From an uncultured virus (IMG/VR IMGVR_UViG_3300013127_000001) (Duplodnaviria; Heunggongvirae; Uroviricota; Caudoviricetes), in the IMG/VR virus record IMGVR_UViG_3300013127_000001: a stretch of 54,890 nt of DNA. One strand, written 5' to 3'. This document shows, piece by piece, positions 19,274 to 27,456 of the stretch. Position numbers and translations under genes: made by a program. The notes beneath the pieces are model-generated. The model saw only the letters and a program-made list of their open reading frames with translations, did not search any database and was not told where the DNA came from. Every line of letters starts with the position of its first letter. Positions within the stretch are counted from its first letter, which is position 1.

Positions 19274-20631
19274 ACTTGAGCGATCTGCGAGAGGTTTCCG
19301 GCATTTCCTAACCAGCCCCTATCTCGCAACCACTTAATTACGTAACCAGCCTCAAATACCTCATTGCCAGCTTCTTTTCGACCTGTCACGCGATGGTTGT
19401 CAAACAAAGCGTGCCAATGGTTTTCTCTGCTTACCAATTTGTTGATTGGCTGATTGTCGATCGCCAACACTACACAATCAGGCACGAATGTGTAGTATGA
19501 CTCCAACCGACCTGCTTTACCTTTCGTCCTGCCAATCTTTACGCGCTCTGCGTTTGGATCGTACAAAAAGTAAATATGAGGCTTGTCTAAGTCTGGCTCT
19601 GCTATTGTCTGCGTTTTGTCAAAAATCGCAATACCGCATAGCTCCGCTTTGTGCTTGATTTTTTCCTTAAGATCACTCCATGGAAATTGTTTCAAATAAC
19701 TCTTGATGGTAAAGTCGATTTCGATTGTTGCGACTTTGCATCTATCAGCCTTTTTAACAATCTGCGACGCCAGCTCGTGAACTTTAGTTTTGAGTCTGCG
19801 TTGCATTTTTTCCGCAAATGCTCTCGATTGTTCTCGCAACCGTTTTCTGTCAGCGCCTTGTTTTCTTGCCTGTCTCCACTGTTGATTACGTCGGACGCTT
19901 GTTTCTTTCCAAATCCGAACGTCTTCACCAGTAAAAACAAAAGGACTTTGCCTTCGTGGAATAGTCATCGCAACAAGAAATTCAATGCCGCTCACTACTT
20001 CAACAGCACCGGTTCGTTCTTTTTCAACTTTCTTAGGCAACTTAACACTAATGCCAAGCATCGCTTTGTGCTTTTTATCTCCTGCCTTTTCAATCCACAA
20101 CTTACTGTCGCCTATACCGTCAATTGAAATTGACTTACGCAAACCTGCTATTTGATCTCGGTAGTTACTTCCGCCTGCCAAACGAACGTCATAGGTTCCG
20201 TCAAACAGTCGAATTCTTGCAACTAAAAATTCTCCATCGTCAATTAGCTTAAAATGGCCTTGACTCTGTAGCAGCGGCCACGGCATGGTACGATAGTTAC
20301 GAAGACTTCGATCGCCTCGCTGAACTTTCCACCGATCTTGCAAGTAGTTTTTCTCTACGGCACGACATAATGCCGAAACAATCGCGCCCTTACCTGGTAC
20401 CGCATCCAATAACGGATCGTGGCATGCAGGATATGTATACAACTTTTTGCACTTTTCATCGCGGATATCGTCTTGCCGCGCACATTCGCTTGCCGCCAAG
20501 TTTGAAACTCTACGCGAAGCATCAAGTGACTTTCGTATAGCTGCGTAAAGTTCTGTTTTGGTATGCGAGATACACTCAGCAACCGGAACACAAATTGTTC
20601 GGACGTATACGTCCTTGATTTTTTTAACCAT
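19258..20631 (-). CDS. TnpB/Cas12f-like RNA-guided protein with degenerate RuvC, fused to a C-terminal GIY-YIG-clan (T5orf172/MUG113-like) domain
   Basis: TnpB-like VRTICVP N-terminus, bridge helix KTKVHELASQIVKKA, and FPWSDLKEKIKHKAELCGIAI. RuvC-I reads VEVVSG (no Asp). C-terminus HIYFLYD..RVKIGRT..RL..ENHWHALF..HR..NEVF. Flanked by arrays. ATG 20631 follows an AAAGGG RBS (ORF track start 20664). Confidence 0.8.
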   Translation of the reverse strand: MVKKIKDVYVRTICVPVAECISHTKTELYAAIRKSLDASRRVSNLAASECARQDDIRDEKCKKLYTYPACHDPLLDAVPGKGAIVSALCRAVEKNYLQDRWKVQRGDRSLRNYRTMPWPLLQSQGHFKLIDDGEFLVARIRLFDGTYDVRLAGGSNYRDQIAGLRKSISIDGIGDSKLWIEKAGDKKHKAMLGISVKLPKKVEKERTGAVEVVSGIEFLVAMTIPRRQSPFVFTGEDVRIWKETSVRRNQQWRQARKQGADRKRLREQSRAFAEKMQRRLKTKVHELASQIVKKADRCKVATIEIDFTIKSYLKQFPWSDLKEKIKHKAELCGIAIFDKTQTIAEPDLDKPHIYFLYDPNAERVKIGRTKGKAGRLESYYTFVPDCVVLAIDNQPINKLVSRENHWHALFDNHRVTGRKEAGNEVFEAGYVIKWLRDRGWLGNAGNLSQIAQVLDVS

Positions 20632-20676
20632 AATTTTCCCTTTCGTTAAAATGACGTCAAACACCGACGATACGGG

Positions 20677-20785
20677 CCCTCAGTAAATCTAAGTTCTTAT
20701 CTTCACTTCAGGCTGTTTCCCATTTCATCAAGTTCGTATCGGTTTCCCGCCCTCAGTGAATCTAAGTTCTTATCTTCACTTCAGG
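20677..20785 (-). CRISPR. CRISPR mini-array 2: 2 repeats, 1 spacer (37 nt)
   Basis: Repeats at 20677-20712 (variant) and 20750-20785. Confidence 0.95.
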
Positions 20786-20916
20786 GGCCATCAGGTTTGA
20801 TTCTGAATATCCCTGACTTTTATTGGCATTCTGCGAGTCACTAAATCACTCGAAGTGTTTAGCCCCTCGCCGTCGGCCTGAAGGTGGCCATCTCTAGTTA
20901 TGTTGCCACAACTAGG
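20786..20916 (-). ncRNA. Structured scaffold, copy 2
   Basis: Homologous to 19139-19273; 5' hairpin CUAGUUGUG-GCAA-CAUAACUAG has a GNRA loop. Confidence 0.75.
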
Positions 20917-21421
20917 ACCTCAAAGCTTTAATTCCAGCTTTGATTTTTCCTTTCAATCTTTCCCATCGGCGACGCCAACGTGATTGACCTATGTGTGCTT
21001 GAAATCTCTCTGCATGCACGATCAAGTCAGCCACGGTGTACATCGGACCTTCGCCGCCAACGCTAGCTTCTCGAATGCCAGCATGCTGAATACCTGAATA
21101 ACAGGTACCCAGCATTGCCATCACAGCTACCTGCGCAGCAGGTTCGCATTGCGTAAAACCTGAACGAGCTAAGCCTTCGGCCATAGACACGTTAGGCTCC
21201 TGCGCTGCGCTAGCTAAATACCGACAATAAGCACCGCAAGCTTCCCCTAAATCATCAATTGTGATTCCTTCGCGAGCCAGAACTTCGTTGAGCTCCGGCC
21301 AAGCGTAGTCCTCTAAACGACCCGCAACTAGGTTCATAACTTCTTGAAAGTTATGCGCAACATCGCGAGCCGGATTATACAATCGGCGATCATCCGCAGT
21401 CATTCTAGCCTGTAGTGTCAT
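20912..21421 (-). CDS. Hypothetical protein
   Basis: 169-aa ORF whose TAG stop lies inside the scaffold 5' hairpin. Confidence 0.7.
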   Translation of the reverse strand: MTLQARMTADDRRLYNPARDVAHNFQEVMNLVAGRLEDYAWPELNEVLAREGITIDDLGEACGAYCRYLASAAQEPNVSMAEGLARSGFTQCEPAAQVAVMAMLGTCYSGIQHAGIREASVGGEGPMYTVADLIVHAERFQAHIGQSRWRRRWERLKGKIKAGIKALRS

Positions 21422-22332
21422 CGTTTTCTTTCTTCACGAGAACAAGTCAAACAGAGTTCTGGATACTCTATTTCAGTTGGATCAAAAAAGCTAACACAAG
21501 CGCATTTTGGACAGAGCTTTCTTTCGTATGTTGCTTCGTGCGTTGCAAGAACACAGCGATCAACTCCAATAGGACACATGTAACATTCTAAAGTATTCGG
21601 AAACTTTTTTATGCAAGGTGTTCTAGCCCTGTCTCTTCCTTCAATCAATCGTTTATTGTACTCAGTTGTTGCGCTTGTGTGACCTACCTCTATCACAAAT
21701 GGATCAGGTTGCGAGCGTACGGGGTCTAGCAACAGAAAGCATCGTAGCCCGTAAAACTGCATCGGATTACGATACAGTCCTGTATTCTGCTGTTCTCCAC
21801 GACTATTAATCCTAGAACGACTAAACCCAAAACCATAACCTGACGAGTTTTTGTAAACTGATAGGTAATTGGTTTTTTTGAAGGACCAGAATTGAGTCAA
21901 CCGTAATGGAACAACGCTGCCAGCTAAACTTTGAAAAGACAAAAAATTGACCAAGTTACCAAATCGACGAACAGTCTGTATTTCACAAACTTGAGCTGGA
22001 ATCCATTCAAACTCTTTTTGCCCGTTCCATTTCGGTACTGGTTGCTGTTCTAGTAGCTTTTCAAGATTACCTGCCAACCTCCAAGCCGTATCTACCAACA
22101 AGTCTTGCGTTAACTCCTTCTTAAGAAGATGCTTGACGCTTTCGTGAACTGTGTGTCGCAAAACCAATCCAGGCAGATTTGCATGCAAACGATCAACAAA
22201 TGCCTGGAAAGTGCCTGCAACCAATTTATGACCCAGGAAGTCCGAGGACTTCGCCGTCAGTTTGTCCCGCCTCTTCAAGATCTGACTGACGGATAAGTGA
22301 GGCAATGGGGGATGACTCGAGTTGGTCGTCAC
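21418..22332 (-). CDS. Hypothetical protein with Cys-rich C-terminus
   Basis: 304-aa ORF with several CxxC motifs. Confidence 0.7.
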   Translation of the reverse strand: MTTNSSHPPLPHLSVSQILKRRDKLTAKSSDFLGHKLVAGTFQAFVDRLHANLPGLVLRHTVHESVKHLLKKELTQDLLVDTAWRLAGNLEKLLEQQPVPKWNGQKEFEWIPAQVCEIQTVRRFGNLVNFLSFQSLAGSVVPLRLTQFWSFKKTNYLSVYKNSSGYGFGFSRSRINSRGEQQNTGLYRNPMQFYGLRCFLLLDPVRSQPDPFVIEVGHTSATTEYNKRLIEGRDRARTPCIKKFPNTLECYMCPIGVDRCVLATHEATYERKLCPKCACVSFFDPTEIEYPELCLTCSREERKR

Positions 22333-22750
22333 TTATCTCCTCCAAAGTAAGGTTTGTGTCAATGAATTCGTGCCGTACCCACCGTACAAAGTTTTCACAC
22401 TTATCATCCATAAATTCGTGAACGCGATGACCTGTTGTCGGCTCTACGCCGCCATCAAAGTAGTGCCAGCCCTCTGCCCACAAAGAACCTTCACCTTGCG
22501 GTAAAAGGTCTGCAAGCTCTTCTACATATCCGCCAGCATTCAAATACTCTGCAATTGCTTCAAGCACGATTAGCTTGCGCTTCATGTTTCCTAGTTGAAA
22601 CACATCAGCATCAGAAGCCAGTGAAACTGTCCTTGCTTTGTGCAGCTTTCCGTCGACCTGCAACCCTAAGAACAAAGTTGCTGTTCCACCGGAAAACTCA
22701 AGCCTTGCAAAGTAACCGTCGCTAGGCTGCAATTTTGTCCAATCAAACAT
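22226..22750 (-). CDS. Hypothetical protein
   Basis: 174-aa ORF. Confidence 0.6.
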   Translation of the reverse strand: MFDWTKLQPSDGYFARLEFSGGTATLFLGLQVDGKLHKARTVSLASDADVFQLGNMKRKLIVLEAIAEYLNAGGYVEELADLLPQGEGSLWAEGWHYFDGGVEPTTGHRVHEFMDDKCENFVRWVRHEFIDTNLTLEEISDDQLESSPIASLIRQSDLEEAGQTDGEVLGLPGS

Positions 22751-22752
22751 TG

Positions 22753-23145
22753 TTATTTTGCCTCAATAGTGATTCCAAAATATGCCCGATAACGTCTGTC
22801 AGCTAATTGATGGCACGTTTGAGCCATCAAGATAACGGCTCTGACTGCCGGTTTGTCTAAGTTGAGTTGATTGAGAAATCGCATAGCGACTTCCATACCT
22901 AACGCGGTCAAAAGACTTCCGTGTGTCAAATACTGCAAATCACTGTTTTCAGTGGGAGGTGTCGACATTGCAAAGACGGGTATGCGATGAACTTTACCGA
23001 CACTCTTTGAGTAATTGCCAGTAGCTGGGTCTGACAATGTGTAAAACACAGAAGCCGGATCTAATTTTTCATCCAACCAAAACAATGGTTGAACTCCTTT
23101 TTGAACGTAAGGCTCAACGTCAAACGAATAGTAATCAAACTTCAT
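22753..23145 (-). CDS. Hypothetical protein
   Basis: 130-aa ORF overlapping the upstream stop. Confidence 0.6.
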   Translation of the reverse strand: MKFDYYSFDVEPYVQKGVQPLFWLDEKLDPASVFYTLSDPATGNYSKSVGKVHRIPVFAMSTPPTENSDLQYLTHGSLLTALGMEVAMRFLNQLNLDKPAVRAVILMAQTCHQLADRRYRAYFGITIEAK

Positions 23146-23947
23146 ATCGCAGAACTCTCATGTCAAAGTTTTGATGAGTTAATGATGGAACTGGATTACC
23201 GTCATTCCAGACATAACGCTCGTTTTGCACGCCAATACCTCGCCGCCCTTTTCGTCCACCAACGTTGATGTGCACTACAGGCTTACCTTGTCCTGTACCA
23301 TGACGTAAACAGCTTTCACAGTGACACTGCACTCCACCTGGAAATCTAGTCACAGAATGACCTTGCTGTCGCAAAAGCTCTCCCAGAATAGAGTCACCGC
23401 CGTTGTGGTAAAGCGCAGGAAACGGATAGTCCCACTGCAACAAGAAAGAAGAATCAGCAATCCACCATCCGCCTGTTGCAAATTCAAAACGATGTTTTGC
23501 GTTTATGACTTTACCTGTAAACCATGATTGCTGCTGTATCACTTCATACTGCTTGTTTCGTTGCATAATCAAATGTACTGCACCTACTTGAATCTTGTTA
23601 CGGCTTAACTCGTATGCGCGAGACCACCACTCTTTACCGGCCGAAGAATCAACGTAGCTGTCATCATCAAACCACATAATTCGGCGAGCGACAGTTCGAT
23701 CTCTAAACATTTGACGCATCAAAGGATACTTGCCAATGTTTGCCCCGTTAGCTTCAGTGTAAACGTAGACCTTTTGTTGATGATATTGTTGCAATGACCA
23801 ACTATGAATGTAGTCCAGCGTTTTATGTCCGACCTGGTTCAATCCAAAACGAAAATCTTGTACATACTCGTTGACGCGTAAGGAGTCCAACAAGCGTTTA
23901 GCTAGATCAGGATAATCGCCGTAAAACAGCGCGCAGACAGAAAACAT
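23135..23947 (-). CDS. GT-A/GT2-like glycosyltransferase
   Basis: NIGK...IMWFDDDSY DxD motif, FATGGWW and HNGGD. Confidence 0.7.
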   Translation of the reverse strand: MFSVCALFYGDYPDLAKRLLDSLRVNEYVQDFRFGLNQVGHKTLDYIHSWSLQQYHQQKVYVYTEANGANIGKYPLMRQMFRDRTVARRIMWFDDDSYVDSSAGKEWWSRAYELSRNKIQVGAVHLIMQRNKQYEVIQQQSWFTGKVINAKHRFEFATGGWWIADSSFLLQWDYPFPALYHNGGDSILGELLRQQGHSVTRFPGGVQCHCESCLRHGTGQGKPVVHINVGGRKGRRGIGVQNERYVWNDGNPVPSLTHQNFDMRVLRYEV

Positions 23948-23971
23948 ACTGGAGTTACCTATCTAGAAACT

Positions 23972-24013
23972 AAAAAAAAACCCGCAGCTGCTAACGTAGC
24001 AAACTGCGGGTTT
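23972..24013 (-). terminator. Rho-independent terminator
   Basis: cccgcag...ctgcggg stem with an A9 run on its left side. Confidence 0.75.
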
Positions 24014-24038
24014 CCCTACCACAAAATCACTACGCAAA

Positions 24039-24953
24039 CTACTTACGAGCTCGCCTAGGGGCCTTTCGACCGTCAATCTTGCCCGCTGCGACTATGCTTT
24101 CTGCCGCATCTTCACCATTCTGACCTGGATCTTCAGTTACCGCTTTCTTGGCAGCTAGAGCCATTTCAGGTTCGGACGAAGTTGCAATTGAAGCAGCTCG
24201 TTTGCGTACGTTCTTGAGCTTGCTGCGCGTTTCTTTGATGTGTTGTTCCATCTGATCTAGCCGAGACAATGTGTTGTCAAGATTTTCAACAAACTGCTCA
24301 TCAAACTCAGTTGGAGCCATCTCCATGAACATACCTTCAAGCGGCTCAGCAACAGCTTCCAAATAGTTGTCTGTTTGCTGGACCGAGGCAAAGATCTTTT
24401 GCAACATCGCTGTCGGCGTCTTTGGCAAGGCTGGCTTGCGACCACCCGAACGCTTGATTTCGGATTCTTTCTTGCCTTGAAGTTCCAAAGCAAGTTCTTT
24501 TGCAGACCAGCAGTGCTGTCGAATCTGCTTGAGAACCGCCATCTGTCGTTTTTCTGACCCGATCTTTTGCAGTTCCTTAAAGTGACTCCACGTCAAGTAA
24601 CCGCCGTTGACCATTCGCTCTTCGACTTGAGCTTTGATAAAGTCTCGCTCAAAAGCTGTCGAGACGTTACGCAAATCGTACAGTGTCGACGTGTTGATGT
24701 TAGGTTGATTCCAATAATCAGCCAGTCGTTGAATTTCCTTCTTCTTTTGCGCATCATTCAGCGTTTCGTCTGAGTAGATCGAATTAACCAAGGTACCCAA
24801 ATCGTACTGCACTAGCAGCGAAATTTGGTACCCGGCTTGCAATCGCTTCAAACCTTCGAGAGCCACATCACGAGTCACCGGTGCCATCTCCTCAAAGATA
24901 GCTTCGCGCGCTTTGACTGTGAGTTCAGTTGAAATTGCCATGGTTTTTTTCAC
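24039..24953 (-). CDS. Putative DNA-binding protein (YhcG/DUF1016-N-like helices plus coiled coil)
   Basis: LTWSHFKEL...WSAKEL motif. Confidence 0.55.
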   Translation of the reverse strand: MKKTMAISTELTVKAREAIFEEMAPVTRDVALEGLKRLQAGYQISLLVQYDLGTLVNSIYSDETLNDAQKKKEIQRLADYWNQPNINTSTLYDLRNVSTAFERDFIKAQVEERMVNGGYLTWSHFKELQKIGSEKRQMAVLKQIRQHCWSAKELALELQGKKESEIKRSGGRKPALPKTPTAMLQKIFASVQQTDNYLEAVAEPLEGMFMEMAPTEFDEQFVENLDNTLSRLDQMEQHIKETRSKLKNVRKRAASIATSSEPEMALAAKKAVTEDPGQNGEDAAESIVAAGKIDGRKAPRRARK

Positions 24954-24976
24954 TTTCTAAAAACCGGAATTTAACC

Positions 24977-25540
24977 CTAAAACGTCCATCCGAGACCATC
25001 TCGAATGTGATCGACAAACCCGCTGTAGGGTTGAACCAGCAAGGTCATCGCGTGCTTTTTACCACCTTTGAATACATGGCAACTAGACTGGGTCGGCACG
25101 AACAAATCCCAATCTCCATTGTGAAGAACTAATCCTTGAGCAAAACCTTTGCGTGGAAATACCATGCCAAAAGGTTTGCCTTTGAATGTTGAGTATAGCT
25201 CCTCAAACCGTTCTTCGTAGCGCTTGACGAACGGAAGTCCGCGAAAAGATTTGAACCACATAGGATGGATAGACCGCGGATCGCGGTGAATAGGCATACC
25301 ACCCTTTAACGGTTCAGCGATCAAGTATAGGGGGAAGCTGGGCACGACCCGACTAAACTCCGCAAACGTATACTGGTTTCCAACCGAAGACGCCAAAATT
25401 TCCTTGCGCTGTGACTCAAGCTTGAGTCTCCTTAAAGTCCACTCTACTCTAGCCGACTCCCATTGTCTAATCCCTGATTCGGCTTGTTCAAACTTTTCAA
25501 TCTTTCCAAGCAACGGATTTAGCGGATTGATCTTGTCCAT
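24977..25540 (-). CDS. Hypothetical protein
   Basis: 187-aa ORF directly after recA. Confidence 0.65.
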   Translation of the reverse strand: MDKINPLNPLLGKIEKFEQAESGIRQWESARVEWTLRRLKLESQRKEILASSVGNQYTFAEFSRVVPSFPLYLIAEPLKGGMPIHRDPRSIHPMWFKSFRGLPFVKRYEERFEELYSTFKGKPFGMVFPRKGFAQGLVLHNGDWDLFVPTQSSCHVFKGGKKHAMTLLVQPYSGFVDHIRDGLGWTF

Positions 25541-27001
25541 CTATTTCGCCTTCTTCAAATGGTCTTTGATAATCTCATCGTAAGGGCGATCAAGATGGTA
25601 TCTTCGCTTGATGTTCAACGCATCACGAATCCGGTTACATACCTCTTCGTTGTCTTGGATCAACTGACCCACTTCTTGAAAAGGCAAGTACTCGTCTTTG
25701 CCCATACCTACCGCTCGGAAGTTTGCCAGACACTCAAGATCAGCCGCTGGACTCTTGCACTGAATACGTAGATCACGGTCAGACAACCGTTGTTTTTGAA
25801 TTCCGTCCATCTCGTTCAGCAGCGTACACAACGACCAATTCCAATCCCAAAGAAAAACGTCTCTAGGTTCACCTGTCTCTGCGTCGTCTTCAATCCACCA
25901 AAGAAAACGTGTTTTGATTCGACGACCAGTAGGTCCAAAAGAATTCTTCGCGCAATGAATACGAATGCCAATTCCCTCAAACTGCGCATTCTGAAATTTG
26001 GTTTTCCAAATTGAGTTACGCAGTTCAAAAGACTCATGGAAGTTGAAACTCTGGCCACCTAACGTGTACTGATGGGTATTGCCCATATCATCCAGTTTTT
26101 CTTTGAGGTGGTTGACCACCAACAAAGTAAACGGCCAGTTCTCAAATTGCTTTTTGATGCCTGGCAGGAAGATAGAATTCTTCAAAGCGTTAACAGGGTG
26201 AGTTCGATTTGCCATGCCGTCTTTCATAATCTTCTCCTGAATTTCTTCAGAAGTCGCACCAGCAAGCGAATCAATACAGAAACACACAGGAACAGTTTTA
26301 CCTGGCCCAGGTTCTTCTTTAGTGCCAATCAACATCTTCTGCACTTCTCGTAAGTAATGCGTCAAAATTTGTTGCATTTGCTCAACCGAACTTGCACGGT
26401 TTGAAATGATTGGCATTGAATCTTTTGGTGCTCGCATGATGTCACACGCAAACTGTGCGTCAAACTTATCCTCAGTGTCAGTGTGAACAGCCAAACCGCT
26501 AAGCTCGTAAAACCAACGAAAGAACTCGTAGGAAAGAGCAGATTTGCAGCTACCCCAACTACCTGCAAGCATCATGACGCTCGACAATGGAAAAATGTCG
26601 TTCGCAATCAAATACTCAAAAGCTAGGCTAGGTGTTGGAATGCCAATAGCTAGCTGATCTAACTCTTCTCTAGAACCAAAAACACGATCAGCGCCAAACT
26701 TGCTTCTTGCTGCGTTTAGCAGTCCTTGCATCATCATGTTACGACTCTGTCCACTATTTTCAGCGGACCAACGACTACGCAACGATTCAATGCCTTTGTT
26801 GGTTAGCTTGCGACCATCTTCCAGCTTGGCAACACGCTTCTTGCTAGGAGCAGGTTCAGTTTTATCCGAAACTGCCTGCGGTTTTTCTTTAGACTTTGCT
26901 TTGGGTTTTGGCTTCGTTTCAGACTCTGATGCGGCCTTACGTTCCGGTTTCGGACTAGGTACAGGAGTTTCAGGAAGCTCATAGTCATCAAAATCTGCCA
27001 C
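25541..27001 (-). CDS. recA: RecA/UvsX-like recombinase
   Basis: GIPTPS, Walker A AGSWGSCKS, DTED, IDSL, VNHL, LGGQ and KNSFG motifs. Confidence 0.85.
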   Translation of the reverse strand: MADFDDYELPETPVPSPKPERKAASESETKPKPKAKSKEKPQAVSDKTEPAPSKKRVAKLEDGRKLTNKGIESLRSRWSAENSGQSRNMMMQGLLNAARSKFGADRVFGSREELDQLAIGIPTPSLAFEYLIANDIFPLSSVMMLAGSWGSCKSALSYEFFRWFYELSGLAVHTDTEDKFDAQFACDIMRAPKDSMPIISNRASSVEQMQQILTHYLREVQKMLIGTKEEPGPGKTVPVCFCIDSLAGATSEEIQEKIMKDGMANRTHPVNALKNSIFLPGIKKQFENWPFTLLVVNHLKEKLDDMGNTHQYTLGGQSFNFHESFELRNSIWKTKFQNAQFEGIGIRIHCAKNSFGPTGRRIKTRFLWWIEDDAETGEPRDVFLWDWNWSLCTLLNEMDGIQKQRLSDRDLRIQCKSPAADLECLANFRAVGMGKDEYLPFQEVGQLIQDNEEVCNRIRDALNIKRRYHLDRPYDEIIKDHLKKAK

Positions 27002-27025
27002 ACTAAGTCTCCTATTTATTTAAGG

Positions 27026-27060
27026 AAAAAAACGGGGTCAGGGCTTAGCCCTAACCCCGT
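27026..27060 (-). terminator. Rho-independent terminator downstream of array 3
   Basis: ACGGGGTTAGGGCT-A-AGCCCTGACCCCGT followed by a T run on the minus strand. Confidence 0.8.
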
Positions 27061-27084
27061 GAAAAAAATTAACAGTCTTGGATG

Positions 27085-27325
27085 CCCTCAGTAAATCTAA
27101 GTTCTTATCTTCACTTCAAGCAATTTCAACGTCACCACTGGAGATCCCTCAGTGAATCTAAGTTCTTATCTTCACTTCAGGTAAGTGTGATGAAGACCGG
27201 GTAGCCTAACCCAATTGCCCCTCAGTGAATCTAAGTTCTTATCTTCACTTCAGGTTTTTCATCGCCACAACCTAAAGCAACCTCCACGACCCTCAGTGAA
27301 TCTAAGTTCTTATCTTCACTTCAGG
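27085..27325 (-). CRISPR. CRISPR array 3: 4 repeats, 3 spacers (25, 37, 35 nt)
   Basis: Repeats at 27085 (variant), 27146, 27219 and 27290. Confidence 0.96.
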
Positions 27326-27456
27326 GGCCATCAGGTTTGACCCTGAATATCCCTGACTTTTAGTGGCATTCTACGATGGACTAAATCACTCGAAGTGTTT
27401 AACCCATCGCCGTCGGCCTGAAGGTGGCCATCTCTAGTCATGTTGCCACAACTAGG
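27326..27456 (-). ncRNA. Structured scaffold, copy 3
   Basis: Homologous scaffold; 5' hairpin CUAGUUGUG-GCAA-CAUGACUAG contains the upstream gene's stop codon. Confidence 0.75.

Noticed and set aside
19258..20631. Intact IS200/IS605 or IS607 transposon
   Set aside because: No tnpA, serine recombinase or IS ends are visible; RuvC is degenerate and the gene is array-associated.
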